Assembly: GCA_023213395.1 (NCBI GenBank) | Contig: CM041465.1 | Span: forward strand, 214,341,741 to 214,405,740 | Direction: 5' to 3' | Origin: Cycas panzhihuaensis | Lineage: Eukaryota > Plantae > Cycadophyta | Length of the DNA: 64,000 nucleotides | Shown: positions 50,749 through 64,000 of the stretch, one piece after another | How positions within the stretch are numbered: the stretch's first letter is position 1 | Layout: each line of letters starts with the position of its first letter | Notes under the pieces: model-generated | What the model was told of the DNA's origin: nothing | The model's input: the letters and a program-made list of their open reading frames with translations, nothing else | The model's database searches: none | Position numbers and translations under genes: made by a program

Positions 50749-51193
50749 TGTTAGATATATTGAACACTTCGTAAGTATTACATGGGTATAGGCATTATAC
50801 CTTAGCACCTTTGTGGGGTCTGGGGACCCATTATAGGGCCCCCAGATGGGGGGTCTACGGGGCCAGTAGCCCCCTAGGCGAAGGTTCAGGGGCAAGATCC
50901 CCCGAGAAAAAGTTTTGGGTGTCTTATAAGGGTTATTGTCAGCCCAATGGTTTATGCCCATTGTATTCTAAAACTGCAAGGTAGTATCTTGTAATGTTAT
51001 GTCTATATATTCTTATGTAATGACACATGTAACATATAAAGATGATGAAATAGTCATGGATGAGTTGAGGAGTATGCTTAGACCTAAATCTCTTGGTGTT
51101 CTTTGTTGAGTGTTTGATTTATTTATATTATTTGTTCTTTGCATAGTTTAGAGTTATGTTATCACATTGCTTCTCGGTTATATTTTCTCTTCA
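50749..51193 (+). repeat. 3' LTR of Copia D (~57-bp internal deletion)
   Basis: TGTTAG...CTTCA; lacks the segment equivalent to 46483-46539. Confidence 0.93.
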
Positions 51194-53010
51194 TGGGGGT
51201 TATAAGCAAAGTGATTGACCAATACTCTATTGTTCATATCATGTACTCTAGCTCAGATGAGGCTTCTATGTCTAGATTGCTATTGGTTGGTGCTTCCCAC
51301 CTACCAGGAATGGATTGGGTACCACCATCACATAGGTAAAATCAGGTATATATTTTATCCATTGGGCTTTATCACATTTTTATAGCTATTGTGGCATATA
51401 ATGCTTTTATAATTGCTTGATTGCTTGGATTACTTGTTTGATCCCCTTGCTTATGCATGTTTCTTTCCTATGACAACTAAGACTTTAGTCCAATGGTACC
51501 ATCAAGCTCTTGTGCTTAATCCCCTCTTGGCGATAGGTTTCTCACATGCCTTTGTAACCTAGCTTAGATGATTCTTAGCTTGTTCATACTCTTTTGTAAC
51601 ATCTTTTCCTTTTTCTTGTACCTCATTTATCCCTTGGTCCATCGAGGAGAGTTTATTGAGGTTTTCTTGTGAAAAGATTAGATTCATTGCTCATTCTGGG
51701 TGAAATATATTGATTATATTCCATTGATGTTGATTGTTTGGGCCTTATTTATACCCTAGCATATGTGGTCACCATTGTTCCATGGAGTTTTGACTTAGGG
51801 TGATGTGTTTCTTATATGTTTCTGGTGATTTTTTATTCATACAATGACGCATAATTGGCCTACAGGTCTTTAGGGATATGTTTCAGGCCCTCTCAATAAT
51901 ATATCATGCCTTGTTTCATGTCTTTTAATTAATATTTATTAATTTTTATTAAAATCTATAAACCTGCTACTATACTATAGCCTTTTCTGGCCACACTACT
52001 CCAATTATTATGCCCTACTTTTATATTCACAGCACTGATAATATATTAGCAATGCTGCTAATATTTATGGTGTGTCTATTATGAGTTTAAATGTGGGTAA
52101 AAACAACTAAAATTGCATTTAATGCAAGCATGACATTAAATTTAACCTTGGGACTTGCCTAGATTGGGGCCTAATAGTCTCCAAAGGCCTTTAGAACACA
52201 AAAACTGGATTTTAAACTCATTATGCATCATCAACTTCCACTCTTAAACTCTCTTCCTAGAAAGAGGACATCCCTAAGCTACCAAGGTAGCCGAGGAGAC
52301 TCTCCTTTTCATTGTCAAGTAAAGATTTCTCCTCTAAAAAGCTTGCTTCTACTCACAACTCTCACTAACATTCTCTTTTCCTAATGGGTAAGCCCATTTT
52401 GGTTTGATTTCATTGACAAATATCACTATTTTATTCTATTTTTTTACTATTTATTGCATGTTTTGGTGATTTCTTAATTAAAAGCCCCTTTGCATAAACA
52501 TTTGGTAATTTTCCTTGTGTAAGCTTTAGAGGAAGCACCTCCATTCAACAACAAACCTTTTGTTTCACCATGCAAACCATTAGTTCATGGTAAGTGGAGA
52601 GCTTAAATAGCTAAGTGAGATTATAAGAGGGATATTAGGCTTGAGTTTCAACTCCAAAGGTCTCCTTCCACTTGGTAATCCCCTTCCCAAAGCTACAAAG
52701 TATTCTACCACATAATACCTCTACTAGTGCAATATTTTGGTTGTGAAACTTACAACATATCATTGGGATTTAACATCCTACCTCAAAATATTTCACTAAA
52801 TATCTATCTAAATGTGTGACACCTTTGGCCATTTGGGAAATATCCAACTTATAGAGGAGCCCCGCCATCCTAAGACACTCTCCTTTTCTCTTCTCCCATT
52901 CCCTTCTTGATGTTATAAGGTGAGGTTGTAAGTTCAAAAAGTAATATTTTATTTTATTTTTTGGGTTAAATACTTGAAATAAACTTTATAATAGCATTTG
53001 TATTTATAAG

Positions 53011-53070
53011 CATATACATACATACATACATACATACACACACATATATATAAGGTAGATACACACACAC
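53011..53070. repeat. Compound (TACA)n/(CA)n/(TA)n microsatellite
   Basis: CATATACATACATACATACATACATACACACACATATATATA..ACACACACAC. Confidence 0.9.
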
Positions 53071-56000
53071 ATTATGGAAAGGTTTTTACCCCCTTGTTGT
53101 GTATGTAGACGATGCGTTGCAAGCAAAACAACATTTTGTAAAGAGGTAACACCATTTTATGCTAAAGCATATTATTTGAAATTTGTTTCAATCTCATTTC
53201 TTTTTTTTCCTTTTGCTATTGCATTGTTGGATTTAAATCTAGGGAAGGTAAGGAAGCCCACACTTAAACCTTTCTAATAACGTCTACAACAACAAATGAA
53301 GCAAAGTTTCCAATAAGGGAGAGGCATGAGGAAGAGTTGCACTCAATCACTGAACATCATGGAACCAGGTAAACTTCATTAAACTCTCTCTCTTTTGCCC
53401 CTCTCCCCCTTATTTCTCCAAAAAGTGAAACTTACTAAAAGAAAAATATTTGTTTCTTCCCTTTCATGCATATGCATCTCATATAGGAGAAAATCATAAC
53501 ATAGGTAAATTATGTTTTCTTTTCTCTTGCACTTAAAAGGAAGATTTTGCATACTCTCTTCTCTTAATCTTGCTTGTTGTGTATAAAGAAGAATTCAAAA
53601 AGCCTTATAAACATCCTTTTCCATAAGTAGAAATTATAGTTGCATTTTGTTTTCATTTGTTGCATTAAAGGAAAACCTAGTCAAAATAGTTGGTTACAAC
53701 ATTCTCTCATTATTTCTTTCTTTCATCCCAAACTCAATCCCTAGATAAAAGAAAGGAGAGTGAGGGAGAGAGAGATAGTGAGTTGTATGTTTGTTACACA
53801 TTCATTTTATGTTATGGACTTTGTGATCTTTACATTATAAGGCAAAGTCACGTTATAAGAAAAAACCATAAACTTAGACACCATTCATTTTCTTCTTACA
53901 ACATAAGAAGAGTTTAAAACTAAGTTGTAAATAGATAGAAGTAACATTCTCTCCTTACCTTTGAATTAGCACCTAAACTTAAACCCTTAAAGGTGACCCT
54001 TTAGGAATTAAACAAATTATTCTAAAACCTTTTGGAAATTGTTATTCCTCACCTCGATCCTTACTCCATCTCCTTTTTCCTAAAGGACCCTTTTACTCTT
54101 TTGTTTCCATTTTTGAAGGGAAACCTCTTACTTCCTCCCTTTATTTTGAGGATAAGTGAGATTTAGCTAGGCCACTTGATATCCTAAGGGCACTGCCCCC
54201 TTCTAATTTTTTTCCATCATTTCCAACCTTTCATAGTAGAGAGAGACTATGTGTCATTGTGTTCCTTGAATCCTTTATTCTGATGTGCAGATGCCCTTTG
54301 AGGATGACCTTGACCTATCTTATTCCTCTAGGCCTTTGCATCTGGTTGAAGCATAATAGATTCTCTTACCCCCATAAGAATGATTCCACTAGAAACCATA
54401 ATAGGGAATGTTAGTTAAGAAACTTGAGTATCACTTTGGTTCACAAGCATAGGCTGCTTCTATCCATCATTCTTGTAGTGTGTTAGGTAACTTCAACACA
54501 TCATCCTAAATTATTTTCTCTTCCTCTTCCATAGTCTCTAGGGAAAGGTATGAATACCACATTTTTCTCATCACTTGTGCAACTCTTCCCCCATAACGAA
54601 AGAGCCCCTTTATTCTTCTATCCCCTCATCTGATTCAGAATCGACAATAGAGAGTTTTTCTTCAAATAGGGCATATCACAAAAGAGCCTCCTATCCCATG
54701 GATTACTCTCATACTGGTGAGAGAATCCATGTGGAGTGACCCTTGATTTTTTCCTAGCCTGACCAGTTGCCTACCTCGTATGAGTAGGCAAGAACTCCTC
54801 CTGTGGATGTGATAGAAGCTTTGTGATAATGTTTTGAGGCTACAAGTGCCCAACAAACCTCAAAGTGGTTAGAGGCCCTCCTTCGTAGTGTTGCCTTACC
54901 TTCTTCGATATCCACACCTTCCACTTTGTCTCAATATCTTCCTTTGTTGATGGCAGGGCCTCCTCTTATAGTCTCCTTATATATACACACACACATAATG
55001 GAAAGGTTTTTGCCCCCTTGTTATGTATGTAGAGGATGCGTTGTAAGAAAAGTAACATTTCGTAAAGAGGTAACACCATTTTATGCTAAAGCATATTATT
55101 TGAAATTTGTTTCAATCTCATTTCTTTTCTTTCCTTTTGCTATTACATTGTTGGATTTAAATCCAGGGAAGGTAAGGAAGCCCACACTTAAACCTTTCTA
55201 ATAACATCTACAACAACAAAGGAAGCAAAGTTGCTAATAAGGGAGAGGCATGAGGAAGAGTTGCACTACATCACTGAACATCATGGAACTAGTTGAACTT
55301 CATTAAACTCTCTCTCTTTTGCCCCTCTCCCCCTTCTTTCTCCTAAAAGTGAAACTTACTAAAAGAAAAATATTTGTTTCTTCCCTTTCATGCATATGCA
55401 TCTTATATAGGAGAAAAGCATAGCATAGGTAAATTATGTTTTCTTTTCTCTTGTACTAAAAAGGAAGAGTTTGCATACTCTCTTCTCCTAACCTCGCTTT
55501 CTATGTATAAAGAAGAATTCAAAAAACCTTATAAACATCCTTTTGCATAAGTAAAAATTATAGTTGCATTTTATTTTCATTTGTTACATTAAAGGAAAAC
55601 CTAGTCAAAATAACTAGGTACAACATTCTCTCATTATTTCTTTCTTTCATCCCAAACATAATCCCTGGATAAAAGAAAGGAGAGTGAGGGAAAGAGAGAG
55701 ATAGTGAGTTATATGTTTGTTACACATTCATTTTATGTTATGGACTTTGTAACCATTACATTATAAGGCAAAGTCACGCTGCAACAAAAAATCATAAACT
55801 TAGACACCATTCACTTTCTTCTTACAAGACAAGAAGAGTTTAAAACTAAGTTGTAAATAGATAGAAGTAATATTCTCTCCTTACCTTTGAATTAGAACCT
55901 AAACTTGAACCCTTAAAGGTGACCCTTTAGGTATTAAACAAATTATTCCAAAACCTTTTGGAAACTGTTATTCCTCACCTCGATCCTTACTCCATCTCCT

Positions 56001-56905
56001 TTTCCAAAAGGACCCTTTTACTCTTTTGTTTCCATTTTTGAAGGGAAACCTCTTACTTCCTCCCTTTCTTTCGAAGATAAGAGAGATTTAGCTAGGGAAC
56101 TTGGTATCCTAAGGGCACTACCCCCTTCTTATTTTTTTCCATCATTTCCAACCTTTTGTAGTAGAGAGACACTATGTGTCATTGTGTTCCTCGAATCCTC
56201 TATTCTGATGTGCAGACACCCTTCGAGGGTGACCTTGGCCTATCTTATTCCTCTAGGACTTTGCATCTAGTCAAAGCATAATAGACTCTCTTACCCCCAT
56301 AAGAATGATTCCACTAGAAACCATACCAAGGAATGTTAGTTAGGAAACTTGAGTATTGCTTTGGTTCCCGAGCATATGCTCCTTCTATCTATCATTCTTA
56401 TAGTGTGTTGGGTAACTTCAACACATCATCCTAAATTATTTTCTCTTCCTATTACATAGTCTCTAGGGCAAGGCATGAACACCACAATTTTCTCATCACT
56501 TGCGTAGCCCTTCCCCCATAGTGAAAGAGCCCCTTTATTTTTCTATCCCCTCATTTGATTTAAAATTGACAATAGAGGGTTTTTCTTCAAATAGGGCATA
56601 TCACATAGGAGCCTCCTATCCCATGGATTACTCTCATACTAGTGAGAGAATCCATGTGGAGTGACCCTTGATTTTTTCCCAGCCTGAGGAGTCACCTATC
56701 TCGTATGAGTAGGTAGGAACTCCTCCTGCGGATGCGATAGAAGCTTTGTCATAATATTTTGAAGCTACAAGTGCCCAACCACCCTCAAAGTGGTTAGAGG
56801 CCCTCCTTCGTAGCATTGCCTTACCTTCTTCCATATCCACACCCTCCACTTTATCTTAATCTCTTCCTTTGTTAATGCCAGGGCCTCCTCCTATAGGCTC
56901 CTTAT
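53057..56905 (+). repeat. Tandem duplication, two ~1924-bp units (53057-54980 and 54981-56905)
   Basis: ATGGAAAGGTTTTT at 53074 and 54998; both units end GGGCCTCCTC.TATAG.CTCCTTAT; colinear throughout with scattered substitutions. Confidence 0.95.
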
Positions 56906-59900
56906 CTGTAGGTGCTCCCTTTGCTTAAAGGGCATCCTAAGGTATGTCAATCTCCTAGATCAGGTTAAGCATTCTTCCTCCAAGTTAAACAATAATGCCA
57001 CAACCTACCATTGTATATACTTCTTTCGCTCAACCAAGAGTACCCCCTCAATCTTATTCTTTGAGACACAGAGGACTCATCTCCATCCACCCTCATACAT
57101 GACCCATGGACCCATCCCTCTACATACCGCTAGGTTACCAATCCCAGCCTTAGGGCACAAAGGGCCTAACCCTCTTCCTACCTATGGGGTAGATCTCACT
57201 ATCCTTATGGAGTTGCACCTCTTATAGGGGACCATATAGGTAAAACCCTATTCCTTATCCTACATCATTATCTATATGTACGGTATTACACGTGATCCTT
57301 TTACAAGGGGGATTTGTTCCCCCTCATGCCCCTTATTCTCATATATCACCCCAGCAAGGGGTATATCCTCAAGGTAGGATAAGACCTTCTCACCCGTCTT
57401 TTTCTTATCTAGCCTACCTACAAATGGGTATAACCCTCTCCCACCAAACAAGTAGAAATCCTTATCCTTCATACACCTAACCTCCTTATGGCGGAGTCAG
57501 GTATCTATATCTGTCTCCCACCTTACCTCAAATTGATCCTTTAGTTCAACTAGGGGCCCATCCCTTCATTGACTATAGGTCAACCCCTATCTTGGCTTAG
57601 GCACTCAGGACTAACCTACCACCTCATCATCCCAAGGTACCCAAATTTGATGGCACTTCATTACAAGATCTAACCAAGCATGTCAAGGGATTTACCATGG
57701 CATCTATCAACTATTAGGCCTACAATCATATTCTTATAAAATTATTTCCTAAATCTCTATAAGAAGATGCCCTTAAGTGGTTCTACTATTTCCTTGCTTA
57801 TTCTATTTATACTTTTTAGTAGCTTGTACATGAGTTTGTCAATTACTTTGATATATCTCACCCATTTAAAAGTGGGGTCAAAGCCCTACTTTCTCTTAAA
57901 CAAGGATACAATGTGCTTAATCGTGACTTTGTTAGGTGCTTTCATGATCTACTTCATTCCTCTAAGGCCATGTTGCTTGAGGAACTGAAACAAGATATTT
58001 TCATAAATGCCCTTCATTCTAAAGTCTATGTTGAATTCCTCAAGATGAGATCAATGACATATGATTTTTCCATAGCTAAATGCTTGGCATTGGAGACTAT
58101 TGAGATCTAAGATGGTCTTAAGAAGCCTCTAATATAGTCACAGGATCGTAAGGTAGCCCCTCCTTTGCATGAGCAAAGAACACAATAACAACCCCCAAAG
58201 CCCCCTACTAGTACGACTAATAGGACTTTAGACCCATTGACTTCAACAGTGCATTCCTTTGAATGTATGATTAAGGTGCTAAAGCTCCAACCTTCCGAAA
58301 CCTCTTCTAAGTCAGAAAATCCCTTCACTAGGCCTCCCATACTATGCCATCTAAAGGTAGGAACACTTAGACTTCTCAAGAGAAGAAGGTAAGAGCTTCC
58401 CCTGAGAAGAAATAGTGCTACGTGCATGGGGAGTGCCTTCATGGAGACTCGCAATGTTGGATGCAGCACCTAGAGCTCATGCCACATCATGATGATTCTC
58501 TTAAAAGGGCCTCCAAAGCCCAACTTAGATCAATTAGTCTATAGGAATCCCTTCCTTAACCATTGGGAATAAGATCTGCCTACTTAAAACATGAGGGCAA
58601 GGAACAAGGGATGATCTCCTAACCTCTCTTTTAACTAAGAGACTGGGAAGGGAGTATGAGAACCATCCTCTACATCAAGCCCTAGATCCCAGCACTCCCC
58701 ATCCTCATAACCCAAAAACCAGGGTAAGAGGATGATTTAAATGCTTGAGACTACTCCCTTATACCCTATTATGAGATCTTAAATAGCTAAGGAGGCTATC
58801 GAGGCCTTTACCTCCCAACAAAATCCTCTTAAGGATAATCTGCCTATAGAGATCCCTGTGGTCTCTAAGACTATCCTTGTTTATCTAGGATATTATGATT
58901 TTTTAAGGGCACTCCCACAACCCACTAGGAAAGGGAGGACCTTTTCAATCATCAAAGAACTGCATATTATTGCCATAGGCATGTCCATGATAAACATCTT
59001 GCACAGTTACCTTGAGTAATAAAACCTTCTCCTATAGGATGCCCTCATCTACTTAGTAGGCATGACCTTGAATGGGGTACTCCCTCACTTTTGACCCTAG
59101 AGACCTCCCTCCTACTAGTGAAAGGGGAAATCAATGGCACTACATTTTCAACATTATAATAGACACCCCTGATTTTACTCTAAAGATGACTATTGTAGAT
59201 AACGATTCCTTAATTAATTCCATGCCTATTTGCATGGTATAGGGGCTAGGGATAGGATCCCTCAAGCCTGTCCCCTGGAGGTGCTAAGGCTATGATGGTA
59301 GTGAGAAGGCCCCTTTGGAAATGATGTCAATTCCCCTTACCCTAGAGGATAAGACTATCCAAATAGATATCGTGGTCCTCGATATAAATATGGATTATAA
59401 TCTCTTATTAGGACACCCATGGTTAGACCAAATGAGGGTTGTTTACTCTTCTTGATGGGGGTAACTCAAATTCATCCATGAAGGGGAAATAAAGGTTGTC
59501 CTTCGAGAACCTCCCCTTAGATGACCACCTCACCAACCCTACCGGGTGATCTTTGGGTCAACTGATGAGGTTGAGGATCCATCTACTCCATTGATCCCTT
59601 GCCCTAATGGTGTCCAAAATACCTAAGAAGGAGGAGACATGCTTCCATCCTCATATAACCTCATCCGTGTTGCCCACATTGGTGTTGGGAGTTATGGATA
59701 CCTCACTGTCATGAGTGACTAAGAGTCAAATGATGATGACTAGGATCCCCCTCATCACATATCCATTCTCAGCATGTGAAGGGGGTACTTCTCTCATTCT
59801 TCTTGTTATCCTACACCCTAGCTTGAGGCTCACGATGAGGGTAATCCCTCTTCCACCTCATTCTAGGATCTGCACACCATGACTCTTATCATGCATGTAG

Positions 59901-62900
59901 ACCCTCATCCTATATGGTCATCTCTTACTTTGTAATCTTCACCATCCTCCATAGATGATGAGGACAAGGAGTCCTTTTTCTCATATGTTGAGACTATTAT
60001 TTATGATCTTGATCCTAGCCAACTCCCCCTCCTATGAGGTCAGGTGTAGAGGCATGGGAGATTATCCTTAGACTCCTCTGAAGAGTCCTCTAATTATATG
60101 GAGTAGTATGTTGACTGTTATGGGCCTATTGCCCCCATGCCTTTGCCTTTGTTCCCATCAAGAAAAACTATCCATGGAATAGATTGCTTTAAGAACAATG
60201 AGGATCTATTAGAATATTTAGTGGGTTATGCACCGCGTTTACCTTCTAGACACTATAAACTTAATTTCTGGAAGTGTTTAGCTTTTAAGTCACCCCTAAT
60301 CGACCTAAACGAACCAAACACCCTAGCGCATCCTTTTATTGACCAAGCCCCCCTTCATTTTGAGGAGGGGAATGCCATGTGTATGGGAGAAACCAAGGAT
60401 ATCATCCTTTCATCAAGGTTGGGGTAGAGTACTCTCCCCAAGAAATAAAGGAGTATACCCTCTTATTCGAAGAATTTTGAGACATCTTTACTTGGGATTA
60501 CTCAGATATGAAGGGTATAGATCCTAATATTATGACTCACAGCCTCACTATTATTCTAGGTGCCCACCCTGTATGATAAGATTAATGCCTATTATACCCT
60601 AAATTATCAGTTATTGTTAAGATGGAAGTAGAGAAGCTACTAGATGTAGGGCTTATCACTTCTATCGATTACCCCAAGTGGGTCTCTACCATCATTCCTA
60701 TTGCTAAAAAGAATGGAATGATTAGGATTTTTGTTGACCTATAGGATATCAACAATGCTTATCCTAAGGACAACTTCCCTCTACCATTCATTGATCAAAT
60801 TATTACTTATACCATAGGTTTTGAAGCCATGTCCTTAATGGATGGCTTTTCTGGGTATAACCAAATTATGATATCTCCAAAGGATCAACATAAGATGACC
60901 TTTATTACTCCATGGGGGATATTTACCTACAAGGCCATGCCCTTTGGACTGAATAATATAGGTGCCACTTACCAATGGGCAATGTAGTTTATTTTTCATG
61001 ATCTTATAAATAGGACCCTTAAGGTTTTCATTGATGACATGATGGGTCTTTCTTGCAAGAGAACTGATCACCCTACAGACCTTCGTGTGATTTTCATGAG
61101 GTGCCAAAAATACTACATCAGCTTGAATCCACTCAAATGTGTTTTTATAGTGACATCTAGTAAGCTCTTAGGTTTCCTTATTTCCCAACAAAGAATCTAG
61201 ATAAACCCCAACAAGGTTAAGGCCATTGTCAATATGCCTCCCCTAAGATCTCAAAGGTATTGGGATTCTTATGATGTTTTTTGGCAAACTTTGCGATAAG
61301 TGCTAATCCCTTGACTAATTTGTTGAAGAAGGGAGCCCTATTCATCTAGTCTCCTAAGGTCCAAGAAGCATTTTAGGAGCTTAAGAAGGCTTTAGTATCT
61401 GCTCTTGTGTTGGTGCCTCCCATTTTTTATCATCCTTTATTTTGTATACCTTGGAAACTAATGAATTCTTAGGAGCCATACTAGCCTAAGAAGACAATTC
61501 TAAAACTGAGAGAGTTATCTATTTTATTAGCCATACATTGGTGGTAGTGGAATTAAACTATCCACCAACCAAAAAGGAGTTCCTAGCATTAGTCCATACG
61601 ACTAAGAAGTTTAGGCACTACCTCTTAGGTAATACCACTCATGTGATCATCCAATTTGATTCGTTGAGATATCTTTTGACTCAATCAGACTTGATAGGAA
61701 GGGTAGGTAAATGGCTTATCTTCCTTGAAGAGTACAATCTTAGAATCATTAACAGGAAATCTAAAAAGGGAATGGTGATCATAGAGCAATTGGCTGAGGG
61801 TCTCATTCCTGACTTCTTAGGGCTCTAATTAATAATTCCTTGTCAGATGAGCCTATTCTGGCTCTTTAACACTCATCCCCCATCTATTGGCTGATAGCAA
61901 ATGGTATGGGGATATCATATAATAACTTACTCAACAACAATATCCTCTTAATGGTAGTGATAAAGTGAATTCACACATTAGGCCTACTGCTCAACAGTAC
62001 TTCTTTGTGTAGGATATATTGTATAAGTGGTCTTTTAATGGCATTCTCCTCTACTGCCTTAGTCTAAGAGAGATTGGCCACATTCTACATGAATGACATA
62101 GCAACATTTGTGGAGGCCATTTGGAGGCCAATCCATGGCCTAAAGAATCCTCTACATGGGTTATTATTAGCCATCCTTGTTCAATGATACCCATGGCTAT
62201 ATTCAATGTTGTCACAAATGCTAAGAGCATGCCAAGGTGATCCACTTGCCTTATGAGGCACCGCATGCCATTATATCTCTATGGCCTTTCTCCTAATAGG
62301 GATTAGACCTCATTAAAGCCATTACTACACCTTCCTCATCCCAAAATAAATTCATCTTAATGGCAACAAAATACTTTACCAAATGGGCCAAAGTTATTTC
62401 GTTGATCCCCACTAGTAAGACAATCGCCACCTTTGTATACCAGCATATTATCTACTAATTTGGGGTCCCAGACATCCTAATTACAAATAATGGAAGCCCC
62501 TTTTGTAATAAGAAGATAGAAAAGCTTTGTGAGAGATTTAAGATCTCTCATAAGACCTCATCCCCTTATTACTCCCTAGCTAATGGCTAGATTGAGTCTT
62601 TTGATAAAACCCTAATCAATATTCTAAAGAAAACTATCACCTAATCCCAAAGAGATTGGCATGTTTAACTTTATTTAGTGTTATGGGCCTATCGTGCCTT
62701 AATCTACACCACCATGGGGATGCCATCTTTCTCCCTAATTTATAAAACTGAGGCAGTTTTGCCTCTAGAGGTTGAGATTCCTTCTTTAAAATATCCCTTA
62801 AAGATTTTATCAATGAGGAATGGCACTGCTAGGCTTGCATCCTCATCCTTAAGGATTTGGATGAGAAACGCTTGGTCGTGTACCAAGCTAACCTACCATC

Positions 62901-63141
62901 CAAAACTAGGGCTTAAAGGACATATGACAAATGTCTATGCCCTTGCCTCTTAAATCCTAAGGACCACGTACTCAAGTTAGAATACCTCTATGACTACCCA
63001 TCTAAATTTGGTCCTAAATAGGTGGGCCTTTTTATCATTCTCGAGAACCTCAACAATGGTGCCTCTAGGATAGCCATGTTAGAGGGGCTTAAATTTGACA
63101 AAGCTATAAATGACAAGTTCTTAAAGAAATTCTATGGTTAA
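56600..63141 (+). pseudogene. Ty3/Gypsy (Tat/Ogre-like) gag-pol pseudogene, element F
   Basis: Pro-rich N-terminus; gag KVPKFDG..LFPKSL*EDALKWF at ~57634-57785; CYVHGECLHGDSQC knuckle at ~58416; protease VDNDS../YNLLLGHPW at ~59195-59422; RT MDGFSGYNQI..MPFGL..FIDD at ~60838-61038; RH 61538-61828; integrase to LKKFYG* at 63141. Start approximate. Confidence 0.92.
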
Positions 63142-63560
63142 TTCCTTCTCCTTCTAAGTAGGAAAGAAGCCTATTCTTTGCTCTAAAATGAACCTAAACT
63201 ATCACTCAAATGCAATGTCAATTACCCTCATTGGGGGCATGGTATGTATTCAAGCCTCTAGTAGCTCCATTTGTTGTTAGGATGGCTATGCTACTTCCTA
63301 AAGATGTCATATCTTACCTCAATAAGTATAGCCCTTCTTTTAGTCTATGAGTGGAGGGAAATGTATTACCATAGAGGCACATCTCCACACTTCAATTTGG
63401 CCCTTTCTCTAGAGAGCAACATTATCCGCTTCTAAGCATAAGTTGCTACCTAGAAAATGCTTCTTGGGATAGATCTTACCCTCTTTTGATACTCTTAGTG
63501 TAGCTGTATCCATTCTTATTCTCTTTTATATTTAGATCGCTACTTTCCTTCCGAGGGAAA

Positions 63561-64000
63561 TGTAATCCCCTTACCCTAGGACTATGTGAGATTACTTAGT
63601 ATAAAAAGATAATCATGTGTGCTTGGTATGAGTGTCATATCATGTAAAGAGGATATATAAGAAAATATGTATAATGAAATAAAAGTAATACATACCAATA
63701 TATCCATCATGCATCTATACATCCATATACCAATCCATAATTAAATAAATTAGCCATATACATCAAAATAGGGTACCAATATTGTCCCTATCTCTCTCTC
63801 TCTCTATATATCATCATCTAAAATAGTATAAAATATGTTAGCATGATGTGACCTAGGAAGACTAAATCCTTATAGGGGGATATACAATCATATATATATG
63901 GCAGTGTGAGTCCCCCTAGAGATCCAACTGAGGACATAACATCATTATAGTATGTCTCTCGCAGGTTGCCCTCCCTTCTCGCTTAGGGACCAAACTCCCT
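63561..64000 (+). repeat. Candidate LTR start (3' LTR of F or a new insertion), runs off the window
   Basis: Purine tract GAGGGAAA then TGTAATCCCC, ~420 bp after the integrase stop; no matching second copy found in the window. Confidence 0.45.

Larger units (their letters stand above)
46160..51193 (+). mobile_element. Ty1/Copia LTR retrotransposon D, same family as A
   Basis: LTRs 46160-46660 and 50749-51193; PBS TGGTATCAGAGC 46663-46674; PPT CAAGTGGGAGAT 50737-50748; TSD AGGGG/TGGGG; colinear with the reverse complement of A. Confidence 0.96.

Noticed and set aside
53074-55201. Duplicated Cys-containing ORFs MERFLPPC.VCR.CV (53074-53277, 54926-55201) as a conserved peptide
   Set aside because: Similarity is fully explained by the 1.92-kb tandem duplication; no recognisable domain.
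63180-63560. Hammerhead ribozyme, env-like ORF or alternative PPT (TTGGGGGCA at ~63231) in the 3' region of F
   Set aside because: No CTGANGA...GAAA core with stems and no ORF seen; the LTR start cannot be fixed without a second LTR copy.

Overview
AT-rich plant heterochromatin made almost entirely of old, nested, stop-riddled LTR retrotransposons. No intact host gene, RNA gene or CRISPR array is visible. Resolved elements: four full-length Ty1/Copia copies with paired LTRs, PBS, PPT and target-site duplications (A 1464-6567 minus; B 9085-14416; C 17591-24364; D 46160-51193, same family as A); one deleted and internally inverted Copia (E 28389-30759); a Copia solo LTR (15923-16458); three Tat/Ogre-like Ty3/Gypsy remnants (1-~7760 minus; G ~32640-43350 minus, with an extra RNase H between protease and RT; F ~56600-63141 plus, with no extra RNase H); and a non-autonomous Gag-protease element (H 36316-42323) nested in G. 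The most notable item is missed by the ORF track: a decayed, apparently intron-containing Plant Mobile Domain (PMD, MAIN/MAIL-type) gene at ~26120-27900 (minus), directly preceded by a fold-back array of 20-bp motifs that recurs at two other places. Pervasive C>T/G>A decay and the PR-aRH-RT domain order suggest a large, heavily methylated non-angiosperm (probably gymnosperm) genome; this is inference. All alignments and translations were done by eye.
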